IMG/VR virus record: IMGVR_UViG_3300006040_000001
Coordinates: 36,695-100,694 of that record
From: a virus
Strand: one strand, 5' to 3'
DNA: 64,000 nt
Under the pieces are notes generated by a model that saw nothing but the letters and a program-made list of their open reading frames with translations, was not told where the DNA came from and ran no database searches. Both the position numbers and the translations under genes were made by a program. Of the stretch, positions 49,399 through 57,939 are shown in pieces; positions within the stretch are counted from its first letter, which is position 1, and the number at the start of each line of letters is the position of its first letter.

Positions 49399-49668
49399 AT
49401 GTCAAATTCAATCATTGTTATGGTCTATCAAGATATTAGCGTATTAGAAGAAGCGTTAAAGCAGTTTAAAGTAGTAACCACGCGCAGCGGCTATACATGG
49501 CTCACTGTGCCAGTGGGTGAACGCACACGCGCTGAGGTTGAGCAAATTGCTGCTAAGCATTGTTTGCCTACTAGCAGTCATCAAGCTGCGTTCGTGCTTA
49601 ACGGCAAAGAAGAGCCATGGACGTTTACAACGCCTACGGCTGCTATCTTAGAGCTAGCTCAGGCATAA
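49399..49668 (+). CDS. Small hypothetical early protein
   Basis: GGAG RBS, 89 aa. Confidence 0.65.
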   Translation: MSNSIIVMVYQDISVLEEALKQFKVVTTRSGYTWLTVPVGERTRAEVEQIAAKHCLPTSSHQAAFVLNGKEEPWTFTTPTAAILELAQA

Positions 49669-49707
49669 TGGCATAGTACTCCACTCCCGTTAGGGAGTGG
49701 GGTACTA
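49662..49707. terminator. Hairpin between convergent genes with tandem TATGCC on the minus strand
   Basis: TAGTACTCCACTCCC-GTTA-GGGAGTGGGGTACTA at 49674-49707; GGCATA at 49662 and 49670. Confidence 0.65.
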
Positions 49708-49712
49708 ACCTA

Positions 49713-52436
49713 TTACTGTTCTTTTTTGGTATCGTCCTTAGCGTCCTTATCCTCAGGTTCTTCCTTAGCGGGCTCTTCCTTAGATTTATCCTCCGGCTCC
49801 TCTTTAGCTGGCTTTTCGTCCTTAGGTGCTTCCTCAGCCTCCGGCTCCACAACTACGGGTTCCTCCTCAGTTATATCATCCTCCCCACCACCAGTATCAC
49901 CAAAGTCGAAATCATCACTTTCACCACCACCCGTACCATCACCACCCCCACCGTCATCGGGTGGTGTTTCAACAGGCGGTGCCTCTTCAGTAACGCCTGT
50001 AGCTTCCTTAACTTTATTTAACGCAGCATCGCGACGTACTACTGCCGGTAATGCGTGTTTCATAAAGTCTACTAAAGCTTTACCGATGTTGTCCATATAG
50101 GCTTCGTGGTTCTTCAGCAGATCAAACGTAGGTTTGCCATCTTTGTCTTGCTCTAGGATCTCAAACACTTCTGGCAACATATCGTTGTTCTGCATCCAGC
50201 GCCGTTGGTAATGTGCTTTAATAATAGCAATCGTCATATCCACACTAGAGCTTAGTTCACCAAACACACTACTGTCGAATAACTCACTGCTAACGAATGC
50301 AGGTAACACGGCATCCAATGCTTCGCTATAGGCATCATAGGCAGTTTTCTGCATTTCGATGCGACTTAAGTCAGGCTCAGGTAAATTAGTTTCAACTGTC
50401 CTTAAGAAATACAACACGATAGCATCCACGCCTAATTTGCTATCCTTAGGCAGTTGCATACTCGCTTTGTTAGCTTCTACAGTAGCGCGGAGTCTATCCA
50501 TTAATACGGCTGAGTTCTGCGTGAATTTGTGTATAAAATCAGACAGGTGTTTGGTAAACATTTTCTGATACACTAAAGCACGCTTAGCTAACAATATATT
50601 CGAGTTAATGACGGACTGAGCGAAGTCAACGTTCATTGATAGATCTACAGTCTCGGGAGCAATACCAATAGCCATTAAATGTCGTTTCTTTAAGGTCTCG
50701 TCCAGCTCAGTATCAATCACTGCACGGTTAGACTGTCTGTCCTCTACCGATAGTTTGGTTTCAGGGTAGTTAGGATTACCCTGGGTCGTAACCCCGATAC
50801 CGGCGTTCTGGATATAGTTAACGATATCCAGCGGATTAGACGCACCAATAGGATAAGCTGACTGACGTGCCTTAGCAAACTCATGTACTAATACCTCGAC
50901 TGTACGCGATGGATCTGGATCTTCTGGATCTAGGTCAATCGTTAACTCCACGTGGTTAGTCGAGTTCTTAATGGCTGCCATGGTATTAGCGAACAACATC
51001 ATTGCACGAATAGAGCCTAAGATCTTAGTCGTTTCTAAAAGCGACTTACCTACGCCGTAATGGTTATAATCAAATGCCATATAGGTCATTAACTGTGTAG
51101 GGATAAACAGTAACTGAGTTTGCATCTTAGCGCAAGCACGAGCAAACATGATCCGGTAAATCTCAGTAGGTTTAGATACCTCTACGTTCTCGCCATATAG
51201 ACCATTCACTAACCGCGATCTTAACTCACGCTCCATGACCTCAGCGTACATTACCATGGTCTCGTTAATCATTAATTCCATGTTATCGGCACGACCTTCA
51301 GAAGCTCGACGAGTCTGAGCTAATAACTGCGTGGACATATCCTTTAACATGTCAGTGTTCTGTGAGAAATCAGCAAAATAATCGGCACTGATATTCGCAC
51401 GGATCGGATTACCGTGTCGATCAACCGCTACGTAATAACCGATATGGTGTCTAGGTTCTGACGGTACGTGTACCGGGATAATCGACTCAGCAGGAAACAA
51501 CAACACCAACGGATGACCTACCGTGGGTTTTTCGAGTTCTGCTAATGTACGCATCGCTACTACAGGCGTATAGCCAAATGCTTTATACTGATAGAGACTA
51601 GCTGTAGAGCCATCAGTCATCATTTGGTCACCGCGTGCTTCTAACCCCATCTCACGGCGGCTATAGGCTGCCTGTACCCGATCATAAACCATTTTGTCAT
51701 GTGCTTTTGGGAACTTGAGCAGATTGATGTTATCAGTGATGATGACAGTTTCCGAACCTACTCTAGTGACCGGATCATAGGTAGCTTGATGCTCTCCGAT
51801 AGACTCCATACCAAAGCCATAGAACGTGTCAGAGGATGCTTGATTAGCCAAAATACCCATACTGGTTAATTTGTTATCTTTAATATCCAGTTTAAATGAT
51901 TCCGTAGTCATACGTGACTGACCATTAATAGCCTCGTCAATACTGGACTCCGGTAATACCGCTAGCGGGTAGCTGCCTTTCTTAAATAAAATATCTTCTA
52001 GCATTTCTGGTAGAAATGAATTTATTTTATAGGTGTCTATAAAGTAGGCGCGAATCGTTTCTAACAAATGTGCCTTGGCATCGCCTAGATCATCTGCTGT
52101 ACTAGTAAAGGCTAGTTCACATGACATCAAGTTATTGGGCGATAGGATACTACTAATTAAAACCTGCATGGCTAATTCCATGTCAGGTAATAACTGTAAC
52201 ATGTTTTCATTATCAATAATGTTAGCAGCTGTTTTATTGACTACGTGCTGCGCTAGCATCGAGGGTGGTTGCATTTTACCATCACGTGCGCGCGACGTCG
52301 GGATAACCGATGACACTAACTTAGAATTAATGGATTCGTTCACTGCGTTATGTTTAAACGCAGGCAACCGGGGATGAGCATTACCGATAGCGGTAGGTAG
52401 CGGCCCCATGGACTGACCAAATGGTTTCTTATTCAA
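49713..52436 (-). CDS. Portal protein, phiKZ gp129-like
   Basis: 907 aa. LQLLPDMELAMQVLISSILSPN, GHPLV..P.ES.IPVHVP, EIYRIMFARA, GVGKSLLE, acidic C-terminal tail. TTG start with AAGGAG RBS. Confidence 0.75.
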   Translation of the reverse strand: MNKKPFGQSMGPLPTAIGNAHPRLPAFKHNAVNESINSKLVSSVIPTSRARDGKMQPPSMLAQHVVNKTAANIIDNENMLQLLPDMELAMQVLISSILSPNNLMSCELAFTSTADDLGDAKAHLLETIRAYFIDTYKINSFLPEMLEDILFKKGSYPLAVLPESSIDEAINGQSRMTTESFKLDIKDNKLTSMGILANQASSDTFYGFGMESIGEHQATYDPVTRVGSETVIITDNINLLKFPKAHDKMVYDRVQAAYSRREMGLEARGDQMMTDGSTASLYQYKAFGYTPVVAMRTLAELEKPTVGHPLVLLFPAESIIPVHVPSEPRHHIGYYVAVDRHGNPIRANISADYFADFSQNTDMLKDMSTQLLAQTRRASEGRADNMELMINETMVMYAEVMERELRSRLVNGLYGENVEVSKPTEIYRIMFARACAKMQTQLLFIPTQLMTYMAFDYNHYGVGKSLLETTKILGSIRAMMLFANTMAAIKNSTNHVELTIDLDPEDPDPSRTVEVLVHEFAKARQSAYPIGASNPLDIVNYIQNAGIGVTTQGNPNYPETKLSVEDRQSNRAVIDTELDETLKKRHLMAIGIAPETVDLSMNVDFAQSVINSNILLAKRALVYQKMFTKHLSDFIHKFTQNSAVLMDRLRATVEANKASMQLPKDSKLGVDAIVLYFLRTVETNLPEPDLSRIEMQKTAYDAYSEALDAVLPAFVSSELFDSSVFGELSSSVDMTIAIIKAHYQRRWMQNNDMLPEVFEILEQDKDGKPTFDLLKNHEAYMDNIGKALVDFMKHALPAVVRRDAALNKVKEATGVTEEAPPVETPPDDGGGGDGTGGGESDDFDFGDTGGGEDDITEEEPVVVEPEAEEAPKDEKPAKEEPEDKSKEEPAKEEPEDKDAKDDTKKEQ

Positions 52437-52469
52437 TTTAGATGCTCCTTAGCATACAGAGGAATACAC

Positions 52470-54584
52470 ATGATATCTACTGCTTATCGATTATATCGAA
52501 ACGATATATTTACTACCGCTAAAACATTAGTGGTTCGTCATCTAGAAGCAGCGATTATAATGAATCATATTTTAATTGCGAAAGGCTACACGGTTAATCC
52601 TTACGACATGACTACATGGAAATATTTCCTTAATATGGCGGGTGAGTATCACGAGTCAGATCTAGATGATATCTACGCACTTAATAAAGGTGCGAGTGAA
52701 TTTATGCAGATTAAGGTATCCTCTAATACGGGTCCTGTGGATGCTAATTTTACTAAAGCACAAATAGATCCAGTGACTGGTGACGTTAGCCTCGCTAATG
52801 AATACCGGTACGGGACGGATTACTATAATGAATTACTGACACGATACCCTGACCACGAATCGTTGATACTCGGTATCTTAAATCCGGTAGATACAGCGAT
52901 ATCCGTTGCAGCTGAAGACGGTGATATACTGTACTGCGGCGGGTATCACCGCAGTACAGTCATCGACAGTTTAGGTACCCGAGTAGTTTATGTAAAACGT
53001 ACAGATGCAGGATACTTGGATTTAAATCTGATAGAGGCACATGAGTTATCCATTATTCCTAAACTAGAGCAATGGATTAAAGGTTTCTTGGTTAGATGGC
53101 ATAACCGTGATTACAGTGCCCCGAATATCAAATACGACGATATGTACTTAGCCTCGATGCTAGGGATCCTATACCTTAATATCCCTAAGCAACTCTTAAA
53201 CTTACGGTTAGCTAACTGCCATACCGCTGAGGCTCATCGTTTCCATATACGCGAGTTCTTAGATAGCCACGGGTTCTTAGGCCGGTACGTAGATGCGCTC
53301 CCTTTAAAGCAGCTGCTTTACCTATACCGTAATGTGTGTTGGATTGAATCTAACGCCGGTAAACAGCAGGTATTTCAATCCATGGTAGATAACCTAGCGA
53401 CACCGTCTAACGTACCGTTAGCTGGATATAAGCTACGTCATAATTTATCACAGCAACCTGAAAATATACTACCGGATACCATAGCGCAGCGAGAGGTCAT
53501 TAACTTTATTCATACGGGCTCCATTTATAAACAGATGACCATAGCACAAGTATTAGGTCGAGAACAAGACTTAGCCCGTGAGAACGCCCGGGCTATAGAT
53601 CAGCAGGCGCTTACGATTAATGCACGTACCCAGATTGCTTGGGACAACGAAGTCCCAACTAAGTTAATAGAGTCGGATATGATCGACCCTACGGATCAGC
53701 TACCGTTTCCGCTAGCGCCAGTCTTAATGAACCTATGGATTTATAAAGCATCACTGGGTACATACCGTGCTAATATTTTTGTTACTAATCCGGTCACTGC
53801 CGATAGGCTGTTGTTGTCGCCATTAAACGCACTAATACTCGCTATCTACTGTTTAAACAAAGGCTATACCAACACAGTACCTGACTATGTGCCCACTTTA
53901 GTAACGCATAACATCCCACGTGCAGTTCAACCTACGTTAGCAGAGCTCAAACAAACCATTGAGCCTAAACGGATTACGGATGCGACATTAACTACGTTAA
54001 AGGGTAGCGGGTTCCCGTCGATAGAAACCGACATAATAGGATCTACCGATGGTTTCTATCGCTACGCGCAATCTATACAGCGTGAGCTGATGCGTCAGTA
54101 TTACGTATTAGCAGACGAGCCGTTCGCTACCGCCCGTGGGCAGTTAGAGTTCACTATGTCTAGGCTCTATCATTATGAGTTACCCTGCGCGTTATTACCG
54201 ACCAACACGCTATACAGCCAGTGGTTAAGTAGTAATGGGTACGTGGTAGATACATTAACTAGTGACGATCTCATTGCGTTAGGCTTAGAGCTCGTGCGTC
54301 AGGCAACGGGTAATGCCGTGAGCTCAGTCCAATCGAAAGCAGCCTTACAGCAAGCAGTCATTGAGATTATGCGTCAGTTCAGTAGCTATAACGTACAGTT
54401 TGTGTATTCTATTAACCAGTCTGACACACTGTTGCTGAACACGAAAACGATACGACCAGATAACATAACGACTAAAGCCCGATCTAGATTACGGATCCCC
54501 TTTAATTTGTTACAGATTCGCGGGCTAAGTTTTAGAACGGCTCTCACTGTTATACCGGTTACTACTATCCCCGTTGTTTTATAA
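52470..54584 (+). CDS. Virion structural protein, phiKZ gp128-like
   Basis: TWKYFLNMAGEYH, NCHTAEAHRFHI..FL.SHG, LYLYRN, FSSYNVQF; head-to-head with the portal gene. Confidence 0.65.
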   Translation: MISTAYRLYRNDIFTTAKTLVVRHLEAAIIMNHILIAKGYTVNPYDMTTWKYFLNMAGEYHESDLDDIYALNKGASEFMQIKVSSNTGPVDANFTKAQIDPVTGDVSLANEYRYGTDYYNELLTRYPDHESLILGILNPVDTAISVAAEDGDILYCGGYHRSTVIDSLGTRVVYVKRTDAGYLDLNLIEAHELSIIPKLEQWIKGFLVRWHNRDYSAPNIKYDDMYLASMLGILYLNIPKQLLNLRLANCHTAEAHRFHIREFLDSHGFLGRYVDALPLKQLLYLYRNVCWIESNAGKQQVFQSMVDNLATPSNVPLAGYKLRHNLSQQPENILPDTIAQREVINFIHTGSIYKQMTIAQVLGREQDLARENARAIDQQALTINARTQIAWDNEVPTKLIESDMIDPTDQLPFPLAPVLMNLWIYKASLGTYRANIFVTNPVTADRLLLSPLNALILAIYCLNKGYTNTVPDYVPTLVTHNIPRAVQPTLAELKQTIEPKRITDATLTTLKGSGFPSIETDIIGSTDGFYRYAQSIQRELMRQYYVLADEPFATARGQLEFTMSRLYHYELPCALLPTNTLYSQWLSSNGYVVDTLTSDDLIALGLELVRQATGNAVSSVQSKAALQQAVIEIMRQFSSYNVQFVYSINQSDTLLLNTKTIRPDNITTKARSRLRIPFNLLQIRGLSFRTALTVIPVTTIPVVL

Positions 54585-54594
54585 TGAGGTTTTT

Positions 54595-55101
54595 ATGGAT
54601 CCTGATTTCACGCTAACGTCACGCACGCGGCTAATCAATGAAATTATCGGCTCGGAGATGCAGGCTGAGTTAGCAACCAACGACATTATACTCTATCCAC
54701 CTGAGGTTAGTGAGGCTTATAACCGCAACACGCGTATACCTGTGAAAGTATATAAGACTGCGGTTTTAGTTAATTCATTCGTTGCCTATATCACACGACT
54801 GAGTCTTAACGATGTGTTGTCTCCACTGAATATCCCAAAAGAGATACTCCTAGGTCTAACGACTACACATGAGGTATTACCGTTAATACGCGACCAGTAC
54901 GGTATTTACCTGACTACGGAAGATATTGTATTAGAGCTATTAGCGGATAATGATAATACGATTACGGCAGCGGCCGGCAGTTTCGGTTTTATCGGTACTT
55001 ATGACTTCAATAAGCCGATCATCTTACGTACGCTAAATGAGTACTTATACCAGGTAGACGGTCTATATTTAGCCATTACCCCAGGCAGCATCAGTGTATA
55101 A
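54595..55101 (+). CDS. Tail-fibre attachment (gp131-family N-terminal-like) adaptor 1
   Basis: RNTRI...Y.TRL.L...HEVLPLI..QYGI.L..EDIV...AAGSFGFIG; paralog of 57411. Confidence 0.55.
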   Translation: MDPDFTLTSRTRLINEIIGSEMQAELATNDIILYPPEVSEAYNRNTRIPVKVYKTAVLVNSFVAYITRLSLNDVLSPLNIPKEILLGLTTTHEVLPLIRDQYGIYLTTEDIVLELLADNDNTITAAAGSFGFIGTYDFNKPIILRTLNEYLYQVDGLYLAITPGSISV

Positions 55102-55142
55102 CTGATCATATGTGCTACCCCTAACTTACCTTCGAGGTTACC

Positions 55143-56072
55143 ATGACCGATACTATTCCTATAGCCCAAACGCGTACCGTACCACAGTTGACGGCTGCCA
55201 CGTTTCCGCTAGCATTAACAGACCTATTGATTTTACATTTACCCGTAGCGCATGATGGCGCTACCTTAGGCGATTTCAAACTAGAGCTAGAAGCTTTACG
55301 TAACTGGCTATTAGCTAACGCACAGTTAACTGGCACAGCCACAGCACCCGATCCTGGTAATGAACCGGATAGTGATGTTATCGTCACGGTAGGTTGGATA
55401 AACAGTATCCTTACCACCATGAACAACGTTATAGACGGTAAGTTAGACACAAGTGCCTATAACGACCATTACCGTGGCGCGTATGTAGACCTTCCTGCAT
55501 TAGCTACCGCTATACCAGCAGGTAATGTAGGCGACTACGCGACCGTGGACGCGGGCAACGGCGAGAATGCACGTGCTGCAATCTGGGATGATAACGACGC
55601 TGTATGGGTAGATGTGGGTAGTATTAGTCTCACCACCACTGATGCGTTACCAGAAGGTAATAGTAATTTCTACGTTACGCAACAACACGTATTAGATACC
55701 TTTACCCGTCAAACCGTAACGATCAACGTTGACGCCGCTATCCCAGCGGGTGATAGCTGGACAGGTAATGTTGTAATGTCACCGCAATACCGCATATTAC
55801 AGGTAGAAATGTTCTCAGTGATGCGTTTACGTATCTATACCAACGCGGCTAAACGCGATGCTGATTTAGCCCGCGGCGTAGGCGTAGCCGTACCCGAAGG
55901 CAGTGGCCTTATGTTTGAGTTCGTGTCAGCCCCTGGTTTAATGGCTGCTGATTTAACCCCGCTAGTAGACGGGTTTGCAGCTACAGCCAGTATCCCATAT
56001 AGTTTAGTAGCCCATACCGCTAATGAGGCTAATCCTCATTTCAGCCTTACCTTTGTTAAAACCGGAGTATAA
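55143..56072 (+). CDS. Tail fibre / appendage protein
   Basis: N-terminal VPQLTAAT..L..TDLL, fibre motif TTDALPEGNSNFY, C-terminal RLRIYT...RDAD..R...GSGLMFEFV domain. Confidence 0.55.
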   Translation: MTDTIPIAQTRTVPQLTAATFPLALTDLLILHLPVAHDGATLGDFKLELEALRNWLLANAQLTGTATAPDPGNEPDSDVIVTVGWINSILTTMNNVIDGKLDTSAYNDHYRGAYVDLPALATAIPAGNVGDYATVDAGNGENARAAIWDDNDAVWVDVGSISLTTTDALPEGNSNFYVTQQHVLDTFTRQTVTINVDAAIPAGDSWTGNVVMSPQYRILQVEMFSVMRLRIYTNAAKRDADLARGVGVAVPEGSGLMFEFVSAPGLMAADLTPLVDGFAATASIPYSLVAHTANEANPHFSLTFVKTGV

Positions 56073-56080
56073 ACAACATC

Positions 56081-56947
56081 ATGACTACCCAAATCTTTGC
56101 AACTATTTTAGATCCTACGTTATTAGCTAATTTTAAAGCGACAGGTCAGGCATTAGGCGCGGCATTAGCCGCTACGATGACCCGCGTTACTACGTCGGCT
56201 GATATCGATTGGAACACGGTGGTGGCACCGACGGCTGTAGGTAGCTACCGTGGGTTCGAAGTATACCATGTCAACGATTCGCTACATGCTACGCATCCGC
56301 TATACCTTAAGTTTGAATACGGTACCAGTAATCAGTCTAGTAACTCCTATGGTCTACGACTAACGATTGCTAAAGCTGTAGACGGCGCTGGTACAATGTC
56401 GTCGATCGTGTTTGGCCCTACTGAAATCTGTGGAGCAGCGTTCAACGTTACGCCGGCTAACTCCTACGCTACTAATGGCGCGAATAGCGGGTTAGGCTTA
56501 GTTATTGCACCCTCCATTAGTTCAGGTGGCTCGGTGTTATTATTAGAGCGCGCCCGCGATGCAGTAGGTAATATTATTGGCGATGCGTTCTATGTTGGGT
56601 ATAAAACTACATTCGGTGGATCATGGACTAATCGTTTCTACGATTATACATTAGGCACCTATAATAACATCGCAGGTGGTATTGGCTGCGTGCCATTAAA
56701 TCTATCCTCTGACATCAGTTTAGCTAACGCGACCATCACGCCGTATTTCCCAGTAGCGTGTATTAGCCCAGGCGGTACGTATTGGATTCCGCGTATGGTG
56801 CTGGTAGGTGCCCGTGCTGATTGCGCATTAGCCTCGGTCATTACCTCGTTGTTTGATTCGGCTAACTTTATAGGTTTAGGTGCAGCCGGACAGAACTACG
56901 ACCAGCGCGGTAGTGCCTATAGCTCTATTATGTTACGCTGGGATTAA
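56081..56947 (+). CDS. Putative tail tip / receptor-binding accessory protein
   Basis: Beta-rich; GFEVYHVNDSLHATHPLYLKFEYG motif resembles phage minor tail proteins. Confidence 0.45.
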   Translation: MTTQIFATILDPTLLANFKATGQALGAALAATMTRVTTSADIDWNTVVAPTAVGSYRGFEVYHVNDSLHATHPLYLKFEYGTSNQSSNSYGLRLTIAKAVDGAGTMSSIVFGPTEICGAAFNVTPANSYATNGANSGLGLVIAPSISSGGSVLLLERARDAVGNIIGDAFYVGYKTTFGGSWTNRFYDYTLGTYNNIAGGIGCVPLNLSSDISLANATITPYFPVACISPGGTYWIPRMVLVGARADCALASVITSLFDSANFIGLGAAGQNYDQRGSAYSSIMLRWD

Positions 56948-56958
56948 GGAGCCGCTAA

Positions 56959-57153
56959 ATGCCCACGCCAACAGTTGTACAGTGGATGCCTAGTAATCCG
57001 TTTGGCTTTACTAGGCATACACTGGCCTGGGTAGCCGCTACGCCGGTTAACCCGTTCCTACACCTTAAGCGTGCGAACATCTGGAACAAAGTGTTACCAG
57101 TAGATCGTACTATCCTTACTCAAGGCCAGCTGTATCCTAGAGGTCAAGAATAA
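56959..57153 (+). CDS. Small tail-associated protein (GQLYP motif)
   Basis: AAGGAG RBS; 64 aa. Confidence 0.55.
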   Translation: MPTPTVVQWMPSNPFGFTRHTLAWVAATPVNPFLHLKRANIWNKVLPVDRTILTQGQLYPRGQE

Positions 57154-57155
57154 TC

Positions 57156-57352
57156 ATGTCTAAAGTTATTAGTTCACTCATCCCTGACAACACGACGGAT
57201 GCCGCATCCCGGGCATGCGTGTTAAGCACGGCGCAGCGTACGGTAATTTTACGCTAAAAGGATACGTGGTCAGACAGTCTGTTATCCAGACGCCACGGGT
57301 GCCGACTAAAGACTCGCTAATAGGTCAGTTATGGCCTGTTGCACGCGGGTAA
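57156..57352 (+). pseudogene. Deletion remnant of a second 56081+56959-like gene pair
   Basis: MSKVISSLIPDNTTDAASRACV (frame from 57156) overlaps a second frame, 57215-57352, ending SLIGQLWPVARG*. Confidence 0.45.
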
Positions 57353-57366
57353 CTAACCCATAACCC

Positions 57367-57397
57367 GTAGCCAGTGTCCGTTACGGACACTGGCTAC
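57367..57397. repeat. Palindrome with 1-nt spacer, followed by TATG and an RBS
   Basis: GTAGCCAGTGTCCGT-T-ACGGACACTGGCTAC-TATGAGGA. Confidence 0.8.
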
Positions 57398-57410
57398 TAT
57401 GAGGATAGCT

Positions 57411-57935
57411 ATGACTATTGATTTTAGACTCAGCGCTAGAGAGCGATTTATAGCAGCCCTAGATAAACATCCTAAACATCCGATTACAGCAGCTGACGTG
57501 CAACTAGGCGCACCCGTCGTTAGCATAGCCAACAGCCGTAATACGCGTATTACGGTTACTGCCCTAAATCCGAAACTAACCGCTAGTCGAACCATTTATT
57601 ATAATCGACTAAACCCCCAACTACTGATCGGCCTAGGAATCGTATTACCATTAACAGTTACGCTACCTACGGATAGCCACGGCTTATTAGAAGCGTTGGA
57701 GTTACAGTATCACATTAAGCTGGTACCTGAAGACGTATTACTAGAGCCAGTTACAGCAGGCACGTATAACATTAAGATTGCTCCCGGCAGTATAGGCTGG
57801 ATAGGTACGTTAGATGTTGCGGTAGGGACTATCCCCGTAGACTATACACATTACGTAATGTGCTTAGATGATGGTTCAATGCAGATGTTGGATAACGATT
57901 TTATTTTACTAGACGATAGAGATATCGCGGAGTAG
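57411..57935 (+). CDS. Tail-fibre attachment adaptor 2
   Basis: Paralog of 54595 (RNTRI, YYNRL, QYHIKL..EDV, PGSIGWIG); GAGGA RBS. Confidence 0.55.
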   Translation: MTIDFRLSARERFIAALDKHPKHPITAADVQLGAPVVSIANSRNTRITVTALNPKLTASRTIYYNRLNPQLLIGLGIVLPLTVTLPTDSHGLLEALELQYHIKLVPEDVLLEPVTAGTYNIKIAPGSIGWIGTLDVAVGTIPVDYTHYVMCLDDGSMQMLDNDFILLDDRDIAE

Positions 57936-57939
57936 TACC

